Source: a virus
Taxonomy: Duplodnaviria > Caudoviricetes
Direction: 5' to 3' (one strand)
DNA: 64,000 nt
IMG/VR virus record: IMGVR_UViG_2974704384_000001
Coordinates: 12,316 to 76,315 of that record
Of the stretch, positions 1-9,655 are shown piece by piece. The notes under the pieces are model-generated. The model was not told the origin of the DNA and searched no databases. It saw only the letters and a list, made by a program, of their open reading frames with translations. Every line of letters begins with the position of its first letter. Position 1 is the stretch's first letter. The translations under genes and the position numbers were made by a program.

Positions 1-2
1 GC

Positions 3-3000
3 GAGGCGTTCACTGGCACGGGAGGCCGCGGCCTACTTGAGTTGCTTAGCGACGGTACTAAGCGTCTGGCTGATTTCCTCAAGAGCGCCGAGGGGCAGAA
101 GAAGCTTAAGGATTTCTTCTACGAGGCGCGTGCTGAGTTTCAGAAGTGGCGTCCGACGTTGGAGCAGATTCCGGGGATTCTCAAGAATGTGCAGGATGCG
201 GCTCAGCGGTGGGCTGACATGCTGTTGCCGTTCCTTAACACGGCGGCGACGATCCTTAAGGAGCATCCTGGTCTAGTTCAGACGATCCTGTTTGCGTGGC
301 TGGGTTGGCGCACGTTGCAGCCGATGATCACTGGCATTAAGACTGCTCTGGGCTTGATGAGCGGCGCGCTTGACATGGTGTCGCGGGCGTTCGGCGATGG
401 TGCTGGTGGCGCGAACGGTAAGGCGTCGAAGTTCAGCAGCCTTATGGCGGTGGGTGGTCCTATTGCTCTGGGTGTGAGCGCGGTGGCTTCTCTTTTGCTC
501 TACGAGTACGTGAATGCGCAGCAGGAGGCGGCTGAGTCGACTGCTTACCACGCGGACATGGTTGCTCGGCTTCGTACTGAAATGGATGCGCTGTCGGGGT
601 CGTTGACGCAGCAGGGCTTGGCTGAGAAGTTGGGCCGGGCTGGTGGTTTCGTTGATCCTAACGAGACGGATGCGGCTCCGCGTGACCTGCCGGGGTTGGC
701 TCAGAGCGAGTTCAACATTAATCGGGAGCTGTTCGGGCAGGCGTTGACGCCGACGAATCAGGCTGCGCGCGACCAGGTTATCGGAACGACGCGGCGGGCG
801 ATCCTTGACGAGCTGAACTCTAAGCCGCTGTCTGCGTTTATCGGTGAGGATGACGCGAATTTCCTTGAGCTGCTTAACAAGCAGCGGAAGCCGGAAGCTC
901 AGATCACTAACGACGTTCTGGCTCGGGCGCTTACTGGTGATAACCAGGCGCGGGAGCTGTTTGAGCGGTCGGGGGCTTCGTTCTCGCTGAGCGATCTGTT
1001 GTATGGCTATGACAATCCGTTGTCGTGGCTGCCGGGGTCGCGTAACGATGACACGCCGGGTCTGTCTCAGCGTGCGCGTGCGGGCGCGAATATCAGCCGG
1101 TTCGTCATGGATGACACTAACCATGCGTTGCAGGTTGGCGCGGAAGTGCGGTCGAACAACGAGGCCGTTACGGGCCGCGCGCAGTTTAAGCCGGGCGTCC
1201 CTAACCCGTTCGCGGGTCTCGGTTCGGCTACGCCGTATTACGAGCCTGGGGGCCAGGGTAAGGCTGGCGTGCGCGTTGACATGCCGTTCCGTGACATTCA
1301 GCGCAATCATCCTGATCTGGTTGAGAACATCCGGAAGAACGGTGGCCGGTTCGAGGAGCTGGCTGACGGCACGATCATTCATCTTGACGCGGACCGTGCG
1401 GGGCTGTACTTGCAGCCTGCGCCTACGGCGGCTACGGGTGGACTGTTCAGTGGGCCGGGGACGGGTCGTAGTGACTCGATTCTGGCGCGGGTGTCTAACG
1501 GCGAGTTCATTACTCGGGCCGATTCGGTGGCTAAGTATGGGCAGGACTTCTTTCACGCTCTTAACCGGGGCGAGATTGATCCGGCTCTGCTACCTGGCTT
1601 TGACGGCGGTGGTCTGGTTGATCTGTTCCTGCCGCCTGGTGGGCCTGCGCCTGCCGGTGGTGGTCGGTTCGACCCGAATCCGTTGCCGGTCAGTGGGTTT
1701 GCGCCTAAGCCGCTAGCTCCGGTTCCGGCTGCGCCGCCGGGCGCGTTCGATGCGCCGACGCCGCTGGACATGCTGCCTAAGCCTCCGATGCCGGACATTA
1801 CGAATCCTGGTCTCTACGATCCGATGACCGGCAAGTATGGTGCTGCGCCAGCGTCAGCTACGCAGCGTCCGCTTAAGCCTGGGGTCGACGGCGACAAGGG
1901 GGAGTCGAGCGGGCCTAATGTGCCGCCGACCGATCCGCGTTCGCCTGCGTATCCGGCTCACGGTCTGGGTGGTTCGCCGGGACCGGGTAACGGTGTCCCG
2001 CATTTGACGGGTGCTACGCCAGGGCCGGGTGTGACGCCGACTGTTGCTGGTTTGGCTCTGCCGGGGCTTACGCCTCAGGCGGGTATGCCGGGCAGTGTCC
2101 CTAATCCAGGTCTGACGCCTAGTGCGACTGATCCTATGGGCTTGTCTGGTCTGCCTGATGAGTTGCAGCCGGTCAGCATTTTGCAGCAGATCGGGGAGAT
2201 TCTGCTTAGCGCGGTGTTGGGGTTCTTCGGCATTGATCCGACGTACGTCAATATCGGTAAGCGAATCTTTACCGGGCTAACGGGTGGCGATAAGGACGAT
2301 AAGGGTAAGCCTCGTGACGCTGATCCTCAGGTTCAGCAGATCATTGATGGTTACCCGACCGACTTGCAGACTCAGTACCCATTCGTGGGAACGCTGAATG
2401 GTGCGTCGGTGTCTCCGGCTGCCCAGCGCGCGGCGAATATGGCTGAGCTGATGGCGGGTAAGCCTTACGTGTGGGGTGGTTCGGGCCTTGATGGTACGGA
2501 CTGCTCGGGTCTGGTGATGTATGTTGCCGACGCGCTTAACGGTAAGCCGTTCTCTGGCCGTACCGGTGGTACTGGCGGGTTCGCTCAGTCCATTCCGGCT
2601 AAGGGTGGCGTGATCATTAGCGATCCGTCGCAGGCTCCACCGGGTACGTACCGGATTGGCTGGAATGCTTCGCATACGGCGGCAACGCTGCCGGATGGCC
2701 GGAACATTGAGTCGAGTACGTACGGTAAGCCGATTGCGGTTGGGTCGGGCGCTTCGGGTTATAACGATCCGCAGTTCACGAATTGGGCGTACTTCCCGTT
2801 GCCTAGCTTCGCTAGTGGTGGGTTCCTGAGCGGTGCCGGAACGGGCCGTTCGGATTCGATGCTTGCGCGGGTTAGTAACGGTGAGTTCATCACGCGTGCG
2901 GATTCGGTCGCTAAGTACGGTCGGGGTTTCTTTGAGGCTATTAACTCGGGCAAGATTGATCCGTCTATGCTGCCGGGTTTCGCGCCGGGTGGTATGCCGT

Positions 3001-3704
3001 TGCCGCCGGTTACGCCGTTGCCGAATCCTCAGCCAGCTCCGCCGCCGCCGGTTGCGACGGCTGCGCCGAATGGTGCGCCTAGTGATCTGGCTGCGCCTCC
3101 GCCGCTTGAGCAGCCTGTCATCCCTACGGAGACGGCAGAACAGGCGCTTGGTGGGCTTGGTAGCGCTCTGTCTGGCACTAGTGCTGGGTCGAGTGGGCAG
3201 TTGCCGGGTGCGGCTGCGCCTGAGGGCGCTACGCCGGGTGTTGATCCGCGTTCTGTTGCGGGCCGCGCGCCGACGAACCTTGACCACAACAACCCTGCTT
3301 TGAGCAAGGGTATTCAGTCGGGGTTTGCGCATGTGGGCAGCTTGATTGCTACGGCGGCGTCTATGGGCGCTGGCGCGGCTGGTGCTGCGGGTGCGCCGGG
3401 GGCTGGTGCTGCCGGTGGCGCGGCGGGTGCTGGTATTCAGGCGGGCGCGCAGATTGCGGGGCAGGTCGCTAGCGGCGCTGTCAACATTCTGTCGAGCTTG
3501 CTGGTGGGCACGCTGTCTGGTGGTTCGTCACCTAACGCGTATGGCGCTCCGGTGTTGCCTCAGCAGCCTCAGGGTAGCGGTCTGGGTGGACCGGCTGTGG
3601 TTAACAACTATGGCGATATCCACACGGCTTCTTATGACCAGTTCTATCAGGGTCAGCAGAGGCGTGAAGCTCAGACGCAGGTTCCATTTCTGCCGATGAA
3701 GTAA
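3..3704 (+). CDS. Tape measure protein, C-terminal part (5' truncated by window), with NlpC/P60-like peptidoglycan hydrolase segment
   Basis: Frame is open from base 3; >1200 aa Ala/Gly-rich; KPYVWGG..GTDCSGLV..HTA motif; precedes minor tail genes. Confidence 0.9.
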   Translation, partial: EAFTGTGGRGLLELLSDGTKRLADFLKSAEGQKKLKDFFYEARAEFQKWRPTLEQIPGILKNVQDAAQRWADMLLPFLNTAATILKEHPGLVQTILFAWLGWRTLQPMITGIKTALGLMSGALDMVSRAFGDGAGGANGKASKFSSLMAVGGPIALGVSAVASLLLYEYVNAQQEAAESTAYHADMVARLRTEMDALSGSLTQQGLAEKLGRAGGFVDPNETDAAPRDLPGLAQSEFNINRELFGQALTPTNQAARDQVIGTTRRAILDELNSKPLSAFIGEDDANFLELLNKQRKPEAQITNDVLARALTGDNQARELFERSGASFSLSDLLYGYDNPLSWLPGSRNDDTPGLSQRARAGANISRFVMDDTNHALQVGAEVRSNNEAVTGRAQFKPGVPNPFAGLGSATPYYEPGGQGKAGVRVDMPFRDIQRNHPDLVENIRKNGGRFEELADGTIIHLDADRAGLYLQPAPTAATGGLFSGPGTGRSDSILARVSNGEFITRADSVAKYGQDFFHALNRGEIDPALLPGFDGGGLVDLFLPPGGPAPAGGGRFDPNPLPVSGFAPKPLAPVPAAPPGAFDAPTPLDMLPKPPMPDITNPGLYDPMTGKYGAAPASATQRPLKPGVDGDKGESSGPNVPPTDPRSPAYPAHGLGGSPGPGNGVPHLTGATPGPGVTPTVAGLALPGLTPQAGMPGSVPNPGLTPSATDPMGLSGLPDELQPVSILQQIGEILLSAVLGFFGIDPTYVNIGKRIFTGLTGGDKDDKGKPRDADPQVQQIIDGYPTDLQTQYPFVGTLNGASVSPAAQRAANMAELMAGKPYVWGGSGLDGTDCSGLVMYVADALNGKPFSGRTGGTGGFAQSIPAKGGVIISDPSQAPPGTYRIGWNASHTAATLPDGRNIESSTYGKPIAVGSGASGYNDPQFTNWAYFPLPSFASGGFLSGAGTGRSDSMLARVSNGEFITRADSVAKYGRGFFEAINSGKIDPSMLPGFAPGGMPLPPVTPLPNPQPAPPPPVATAAPNGAPSDLAAPPPLEQPVIPTETAEQALGGLGSALSGTSAGSSGQLPGAAAPEGATPGVDPRSVAGRAPTNLDHNNPALSKGIQSGFAHVGSLIATAASMGAGAAGAAGAPGAGAAGGAAGAGIQAGAQIAGQVASGAVNILSSLLVGTLSGGSSPNAYGAPVLPQQPQGSGLGGPAVVNNYGDIHTASYDQFYQGQQRREAQTQVPFLPMK

Positions 3705-3722
3705 ACACTCTAAGGACGGGTT

Positions 3723-3770
3723 AGCCCCGCTCGAATGCCGGTTTTACTCCGGTGGCCGGGCGGGGCTTTC
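3723..3770 (+). terminator. Intrinsic terminator-like hairpin after tape measure
   Basis: AGCCCCGCTCG...CGGGCGGGGCT followed by TTC. Confidence 0.6.
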
Positions 3771-3792
3771 TCGTTAGAAAGACAACTGAATA

Positions 3793-4707
3793 GTGAGCGA
3801 TTACGTCAAGATTACTTTGACGGGTCGGGATGGTTCTACCTGGTGCTTGTCGGGCGCTGGCGCGGGTCGAGAGGGTGTCACCCTTTCCCCGAATGTCCAG
3901 AATCTTATTGATGCGCCGGTTAAGACTCTGTGGACGCCCGGCCCTTTTGGTGAGCAGTACGCCGGTAAGCGTGTTCGTCGGCGTGAGGTCATTTTCTCTG
4001 TCCAGGTTGGGCATGAGGGTTTCGACCCTGATACGTGGGCCACGGTCGATTCGCGTTGGCGGTGGGCCTGGGATTACGACGAGGAATGCACGCTAACTGT
4101 CGAGACTAGCGACGGCATTAGGAACCTTAAGCTTCGGCTTCTAGAGGAGCCTAAGGCGTACGGGTCGAAAGACCCATTCCTTACGGGCGACTGCGAAGTG
4201 ATGATGACGACGGTCGCTGAGTTCCCGTATTGGGTGAGTGAGCCGGACGTTTTCATCTGGAAAACGCCGAACCTTGCGGACCGTACGACGGTGTTCGTCG
4301 CCAATAACGGTGACGTGCCGGTGTGGCTGCGGTGGACGTTCACTGCGCCTGGTACGTGGACGATTCCTGATTTTTCGTGGGAAAACGACATGTTTGCGCG
4401 CGGCGAAATGGACCGTGGGCGAACGCTGGTGCTGCCTGAGCTTAAGCAGGGCGAGCACATCACGGTCGATTCAGACCCGCGTGTCCAGACGATTGTGGCC
4501 GCTAACGATGCGCCTGTTCAGCACAGGTGGAAGGGCAACGATCTGCTTTACCCGTTGATGCCGGGTAAGAGCGGTGAACTTCCGGTCGGGTTCAAGGCTA
4601 AGCCGACTGAGCCGGGGTCTGAGAACGGCGGCGCTTTCAAGCTAACAGTTCCTAAGTGGTATTCGCGTCCGTGGTCGCGTCCGCATGTGATTCGGACGGT
4701 GTACTAA
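3793..4707 (+). CDS. Minor tail protein (distal tail/Dit-like)
   Basis: First gene after tape measure; 304 aa; typical mycobacteriophage minor tail sequence. Confidence 0.85.
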   Translation: MSDYVKITLTGRDGSTWCLSGAGAGREGVTLSPNVQNLIDAPVKTLWTPGPFGEQYAGKRVRRREVIFSVQVGHEGFDPDTWATVDSRWRWAWDYDEECTLTVETSDGIRNLKLRLLEEPKAYGSKDPFLTGDCEVMMTTVAEFPYWVSEPDVFIWKTPNLADRTTVFVANNGDVPVWLRWTFTAPGTWTIPDFSWENDMFARGEMDRGRTLVLPELKQGEHITVDSDPRVQTIVAANDAPVQHRWKGNDLLYPLMPGKSGELPVGFKAKPTEPGSENGGAFKLTVPKWYSRPWSRPHVIRTVY

Positions 4708-6441
4708 ATGTGGCAGGACAGTGACCTTTGGGAAATTGATCAGTCCTGTGACTATTGGCGCGGTCGGCATGAGTCGATGCGGAAGGCGCACCCGCTAATC
4801 CGGATTTGGATTAACGATCCAGAGAATAGTCATGGCGCTGTCTGTGTCGGGCGTGTCGACTTTACGGACACGATTAAGGGTTCATTCCCGTTCAAGAACA
4901 ACACGGCCACTCAGGGCGTGTTGCAAATCCGAGACGATCATTACATCGCGTTGTTCCTTAAGCGTTTGCCGCAGGATGCGCGCTATCAGAAGAACGTAAT
5001 GATCACGGTGGACTTCTATGGCGGCGCTAAGCGCTGGTCGGGGTTGCTGGATAAGTGGAACATTAAGACCACTGAGGATGGCGCAAAGTATTTTGAGATG
5101 ACGTTTCAGGACGACCTCACTTACTTGCAATATCTGCTGTGTCCTCCTAATCCGTTCCTGCCGATTCCGGTATTCCAGTTCCCGCGTATGTTCATGCTGG
5201 CTGGCCCTAGTAAGTGGGCTATCTCGATGCTCATTCTTCTTAACCTGCTAAGGGTCGAGGGGAACCTTTGGGAATTGCCAGATGACCCGTTCGACCCTGA
5301 GGAATGGGACCAGATTCTTGATTGGTCCGATTGGCAGGTTCATATCAAGGGTTCGCCTTGGCTACTGGACGACTCGTCTATGTGGACGTTCCTGTCTGCG
5401 CGCATGAATCCGGTGGATGCGGTTATCGCTGATGCGCTGGATGACTGCCAGCTCACGATGACGTACCGGCGAATCTTGACCGACGATGGCGAGGTCGCGG
5501 ACGGCCTGATGGGCATTGCGGACGGCACTCGCGTTAAGAACGGCGCGCTGGTGTTCGAGGTTGTCGATAACTCTAACGCGCACGCTTTCGATGGCACGTT
5601 CCTGTCTGGCACGGCCTTTGACGGTTTCGCGCGGTCGCTGATCACGTACGGCGGTGGGTTCGTTGAGGACGTGTTTAACCAAGTCGGGGAGGACTCGACG
5701 CTGCATCCGGACGAGTATTACCAGTCCGGTTGGTTGGGCACTATCGCTAAGCAGCCGTGGCTAGTCATCCGTGATAGCGAGTGGACGCCGATTACGTCGT
5801 CTGACATGTCGTGGGGTCCGTCTAAGAACGTTTCCGTCGTGGTGGGTGGCGATAATCCGGCAGCGGACGCTATTGCGAAGCTCATCATTGAGACGACCGG
5901 CGCGCTTATCGGGTATTTCCTGTTGGCCGGTTTCTCCGGCTTGGGCAGTATCGCGGCTGATGTGATTATGCCGTTCCTGGTGGGGACCATCGCGGCCTGG
6001 CTGCAATGGAAGAACACTGGGCGAGCTAACGCGCTTGGCTGGATGCACTACTGGGAGCTGTACCAGGCCGGTGCCGAGAATAACTCTTGGTCTCTGGCTG
6101 CGCTTAGCGCACTTCGTGGTGGATTCCTGGTGGGTAAGTCGGAGACGACTCATCTAGTGGCGCTGCATGATTCGTGGGCCATTCCTGGCTTGCACTTTGA
6201 TATCGGTCACCGGATCGGTACGACGGTGGATTCGCCGGGCGTGCAGGACATTATCTGGGTTAACCAGGTCGAGGAAATGATTCCGGAGTGGGATAACTCC
6301 GGCGACGGGGAGCCGTACGCGTGGGTCATTAAGGCCGGTAAGTCGCAGCGGAATATGAGCGTCGGCGAGCGGTTGGCGCGGCTATCTAAGAAGTTCCTAG
6401 ATGCAATTAACAACGTTGGCGTTCACCTTGTTCAGGGTTAA
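4708..6441 (+). CDS. Minor tail protein (baseplate hub/Tal-like)
   Basis: 577 aa, second gene after tape measure, abutting the previous stop. Confidence 0.85.
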   Translation: MWQDSDLWEIDQSCDYWRGRHESMRKAHPLIRIWINDPENSHGAVCVGRVDFTDTIKGSFPFKNNTATQGVLQIRDDHYIALFLKRLPQDARYQKNVMITVDFYGGAKRWSGLLDKWNIKTTEDGAKYFEMTFQDDLTYLQYLLCPPNPFLPIPVFQFPRMFMLAGPSKWAISMLILLNLLRVEGNLWELPDDPFDPEEWDQILDWSDWQVHIKGSPWLLDDSSMWTFLSARMNPVDAVIADALDDCQLTMTYRRILTDDGEVADGLMGIADGTRVKNGALVFEVVDNSNAHAFDGTFLSGTAFDGFARSLITYGGGFVEDVFNQVGEDSTLHPDEYYQSGWLGTIAKQPWLVIRDSEWTPITSSDMSWGPSKNVSVVVGGDNPAADAIAKLIIETTGALIGYFLLAGFSGLGSIAADVIMPFLVGTIAAWLQWKNTGRANALGWMHYWELYQAGAENNSWSLAALSALRGGFLVGKSETTHLVALHDSWAIPGLHFDIGHRIGTTVDSPGVQDIIWVNQVEEMIPEWDNSGDGEPYAWVIKAGKSQRNMSVGERLARLSKKFLDAINNVGVHLVQG

Positions 6442-6465
6442 GGCCAGCTTAGGGGGAGTCGAGTA

Positions 6466-6963
6466 ATGCTATCGCAGAACGATTGCGACATGGAGAATCC
6501 GGAACAGTTTGCGGCGTGGGCGTTCGCTGCGGGGGTACCTGACCCTCGTGGCGAGCGTTACCCGAATCAGCCTTTGATTCCCGCTAAGTGTTTCGCGGGC
6601 TTGTCGAAGATGCTTTGGGATTTCGGGTTCCGTTGGCATGAGGACAAGCAAACCAAGTGGGTTAGTCCTCGTACTGGGCCGACGCGCAACTTTGAGGCTT
6701 GGGGCACTACGGATATCAAGCCTGAGGACATTATGGGCGACGTTGCCCAGATGGCGGTTGAGGAGTTCCCGCAGATCGCGGCGAAGGTTGCGGCGGTGAC
6801 TCCGGAGAAGCACCAGGAAGCGCTTGAGGAAGCGACTAAGGACTTGCTTAGCAAGATCGAGCGTCTTAATGAGGCGCGGTCGCGGATGGAGAGCCGTCTG
6901 GCTGAGCGTCAGGACCGGGAGGTAACTCCGGAAACGGAGGCGGTTGATGGCGGGTCTGCCTAG
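6466..6963 (+). CDS. Minor tail protein (DUF2744-like)
   Basis: CDMENPEQFAAWAF...LWDFGFRWH motif; synteny. Confidence 0.7.
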   Translation: MLSQNDCDMENPEQFAAWAFAAGVPDPRGERYPNQPLIPAKCFAGLSKMLWDFGFRWHEDKQTKWVSPRTGPTRNFEAWGTTDIKPEDIMGDVAQMAVEEFPQIAAKVAAVTPEKHQEALEEATKDLLSKIERLNEARSRMESRLAERQDREVTPETEAVDGGSA

Positions 6964-8743
6964 TGGTTCAGCGGGTCTAGATGATCCCAAGTATGTAATC
7001 CAGAATACCGTTACGGCGCTTGCACAGCGGACGCAGGAGAATGTTGAGGCTGAGCACCGGCAGTCGATTGAGAATGCCGGTAATCCTCTGTCTCCGGCGT
7101 TGCAGTTCTTCTTTAACACGATCATGGGCGGCTTCCAGACGCTCGGCAATTTTCTTGAGCAGATCATTCAGGCGATTACCGGTGCGGCTGGTGGCACGTT
7201 GGCGACACTCACCGACTTTATGACTGGTGTGGTTACCGATATCGGTAACGCGCTGGGGTGGCTGGCTGACCTGGTTGACGATCTGTGGAATAACGCGGCG
7301 TCGGTTATCGGGTCTATCCCGCAGACGCTTGTGACGGGTCTACAAGCGGCGCTTAACGGCATTAACAACACCATTCAGCAGGTCATTGAGGGCATCATCG
7401 GCGCTATTCGCGGCATTCCGCTTGTGGGCGCTGGGATTGCTGATCTGGTGTCGATCCTTACGGGTTACCGCGAGGGTGTTGAGACGGACCAGATTGTTCA
7501 GCAGAACCTAACGATTTCGTCTACTAGCTCGGTGCAGCGGCAGCCCGCGTGGGCGTCGGCTTACCCAATTTCGGCAGTGACGTATCCGGCGATCCTGCAT
7601 TCGGATTTCACGGTGTATGCGGAGACGGTGGGGCCTGCTACGGCGGGGACTGCGCACTCGCATGAGATTCGTGGGTCTACGGACGACGCTTACGCTATCG
7701 CGCCGTTTTGGGCGTGTGAGCAGAACGGCAGCTTGGGCGGGTTCGTCACGGCGGCTGAGGATACGGTGTTCTCCAAGTTCGGCATGGTGATCTTTGCGGA
7801 CACGACGCCGGTTCCTGCCGGGACGGTGTATTTCGAGGTTTACCGCGAGCAGCCGGGCGGCAGTTTGGATCGGCTGACGCAGACGGATATCTCGTCATAT
7901 ATCACTAGTTCGAGCAAGCTTCTGGTGTTGCAGTGGACGGACTTCCGGATCGTTGCGCGTCGGGGTGAGCGGTACCTACTGCGGATTAAGAACACGTCGA
8001 GTCCTAGCGTTGTGCCTCGTTTGCGTGGCCTGGCGTGGGGCACTGGTGTGCCGGAGATTCAGTGGGAGACGACGAACGCTACCGATACGAATAAGACTTC
8101 GTATACGGCTGCGGAATCGGCTGCGATTATCGCTACGTCGGGTATCACGCCGTGGCTGATGCTGGCGGCTGAGGAGTCCGATATTCCAGAGGCCCGCACG
8201 TGGGCCGACGACTTTAACCGTCCTGAACTGGGCTATCTATGGAACCACAGTAAGACGGATAACGGCGATCTGGTTATCACTAATAACAAGCTGTCGTATG
8301 GCGGGACCACTAACGGTTTCCAGCAGGCTTTGTATATCCATCCGCTGGCTACGGACAAGTTCAAGCTGACGGCTGAGGTTTCAAACCTTGCCGGTACGGG
8401 CCAGGTGTATTTTATGTGCGCGGGTGGCCGTAACAACAACGTGTCGGCGGTTCTAGCTGTCGGTGCGTCCGGTGTGTCTATTCAGACTTTGATCGGTACG
8501 ACGGTGACGGTGCGCGCGCAGGTTCTTCGGACTAATAACGCGGGGAAGTACACGTTTACGTATGACCCGGCGTCTAAGACGTACAACGTGTTGCTTAACG
8601 ATCAGCCTATCGGGCTGTCATGGACGGATAGCGGCAACTTGCTAGATAAGGGTGTCCAGTTCCGGTATTTCCAGATTCAGATTCAGCGCGCGAGTGGCGT
8701 TAATGGGGGGCAGGTAGACAATTGGGTGATTCAGGACAACTAA
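6947..8743 (+). CDS. Minor tail protein
   Basis: ~598 aa; N-terminal helical repeats, C-terminal beta-rich DDFNR domain; synteny. Confidence 0.8.
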   Translation: MAGLPSGSAGLDDPKYVIQNTVTALAQRTQENVEAEHRQSIENAGNPLSPALQFFFNTIMGGFQTLGNFLEQIIQAITGAAGGTLATLTDFMTGVVTDIGNALGWLADLVDDLWNNAASVIGSIPQTLVTGLQAALNGINNTIQQVIEGIIGAIRGIPLVGAGIADLVSILTGYREGVETDQIVQQNLTISSTSSVQRQPAWASAYPISAVTYPAILHSDFTVYAETVGPATAGTAHSHEIRGSTDDAYAIAPFWACEQNGSLGGFVTAAEDTVFSKFGMVIFADTTPVPAGTVYFEVYREQPGGSLDRLTQTDISSYITSSSKLLVLQWTDFRIVARRGERYLLRIKNTSSPSVVPRLRGLAWGTGVPEIQWETTNATDTNKTSYTAAESAAIIATSGITPWLMLAAEESDIPEARTWADDFNRPELGYLWNHSKTDNGDLVITNNKLSYGGTTNGFQQALYIHPLATDKFKLTAEVSNLAGTGQVYFMCAGGRNNNVSAVLAVGASGVSIQTLIGTTVTVRAQVLRTNNAGKYTFTYDPASKTYNVLLNDQPIGLSWTDSGNLLDKGVQFRYFQIQIQRASGVNGGQVDNWVIQDN

Positions 8744-8748
8744 GCAGG

Positions 8749-8919
8749 ATGGGTGTTTACGTGCCGGATAAGGGCACGGAGGCTATTCCTGACGATGTTC
8801 CGCAGAAGCCATCTATTAAGGAACCGATTGTTTCGGCGAGCGCTGAGGTTCGTGAGCAGATTGCCGAGGCAACCCTTAAGCGCACTAGGGCCGAGAAAGG
8901 GGGGCTAAGTGTCGCTTAA
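8749..8919 (+). CDS. Small tail-region hypothetical protein
   Basis: ATG just after previous stop; overlaps next start. Confidence 0.5.
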   Translation: MGVYVPDKGTEAIPDDVPQKPSIKEPIVSASAEVREQIAEATLKRTRAEKGGLSVA

Positions 8920-9184
8920 GAAGTTCACACAAGACCCAGATGAGGTTTTGGACTACACGATTGATTGGTCGGAGTGGCTGGCTGAGGGTGACACGATCAC
9001 CGAGGTTACGGCTACTCCGGCTACCGGTATCACGGTTGATTCCACTTCTTTCACTGTTAGTTCTACGACCATCTGGATTTCTGGTGGCACTGCGGGTCAG
9101 CGTTACGACATTAGCGTGCATGTGGTCACTAACGGCGGGCGTGAGGGTGACCGGTCGATCACGATTGAGATTAAGGAGAAGTAG
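8909..9184 (+). CDS. Minor tail/virion protein
   Basis: KFTQDPDEVLDYTIDWSEWL motif; RBS GGGGG; synteny. Confidence 0.7.
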   Translation: MSLKKFTQDPDEVLDYTIDWSEWLAEGDTITEVTATPATGITVDSTSFTVSSTTIWISGGTAGQRYDISVHVVTNGGREGDRSITIEIKEK

Positions 9185-9268
9185 TGACGAATCCGGTTTT
9201 CACGCTGGTGGCTTATGCCACTGCGGAGGTCACTCCGGCTAATACACAACTAAATATGGAGGACAGTA

Positions 9269-9655
9269 ATGACGGTCGGGATTCACACGGTCAACCTGGC
9301 GAATAAGTGGCTTGGTATCCTTCGGGGTACGGCCTTCACTGCGCCGTCTGGCATTTATATTCAGCTACACAAGGGCGATCCCGGCGGGGCTGGTACGGCG
9401 AACCTTTCGGCGGTGACGACGCGGGCGCTTGCGACGTTCGCGGCTCCCGCTTCGGGTGCAATTGCGCTTACGGGCACTAACCCTTCGTGGACAATGACGG
9501 CCACGGAGACGATTACCCATATCAGCGTGTGGGACGCGTCGACCAGCGGCAACTTTCTGTGGTCGGCGGTGCTGGCTGCGTCTAAGAATGTGCAGTCGGG
9601 TGACACGTTGACGCTTACTACGTGCGGGTTGTCGCTGGGCGCTCTGGCGGCGTAA
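9269..9655 (+). CDS. Minor tail protein
   Basis: YIQLHKGDPG...ISVWDASTSGNFLWS motif; RBS GGAGG. Confidence 0.75.
   Translation: MTVGIHTVNLANKWLGILRGTAFTAPSGIYIQLHKGDPGGAGTANLSAVTTRALATFAAPASGAIALTGTNPSWTMTATETITHISVWDASTSGNFLWSAVLAASKNVQSGDTLTLTTCGLSLGALAA

Noticed and set aside
273-1556. 427-aa minus-strand ORF
   Set aside because: Antisense shadow of the tape measure gene; Arg-rich composition typical of GC-biased off-frames.
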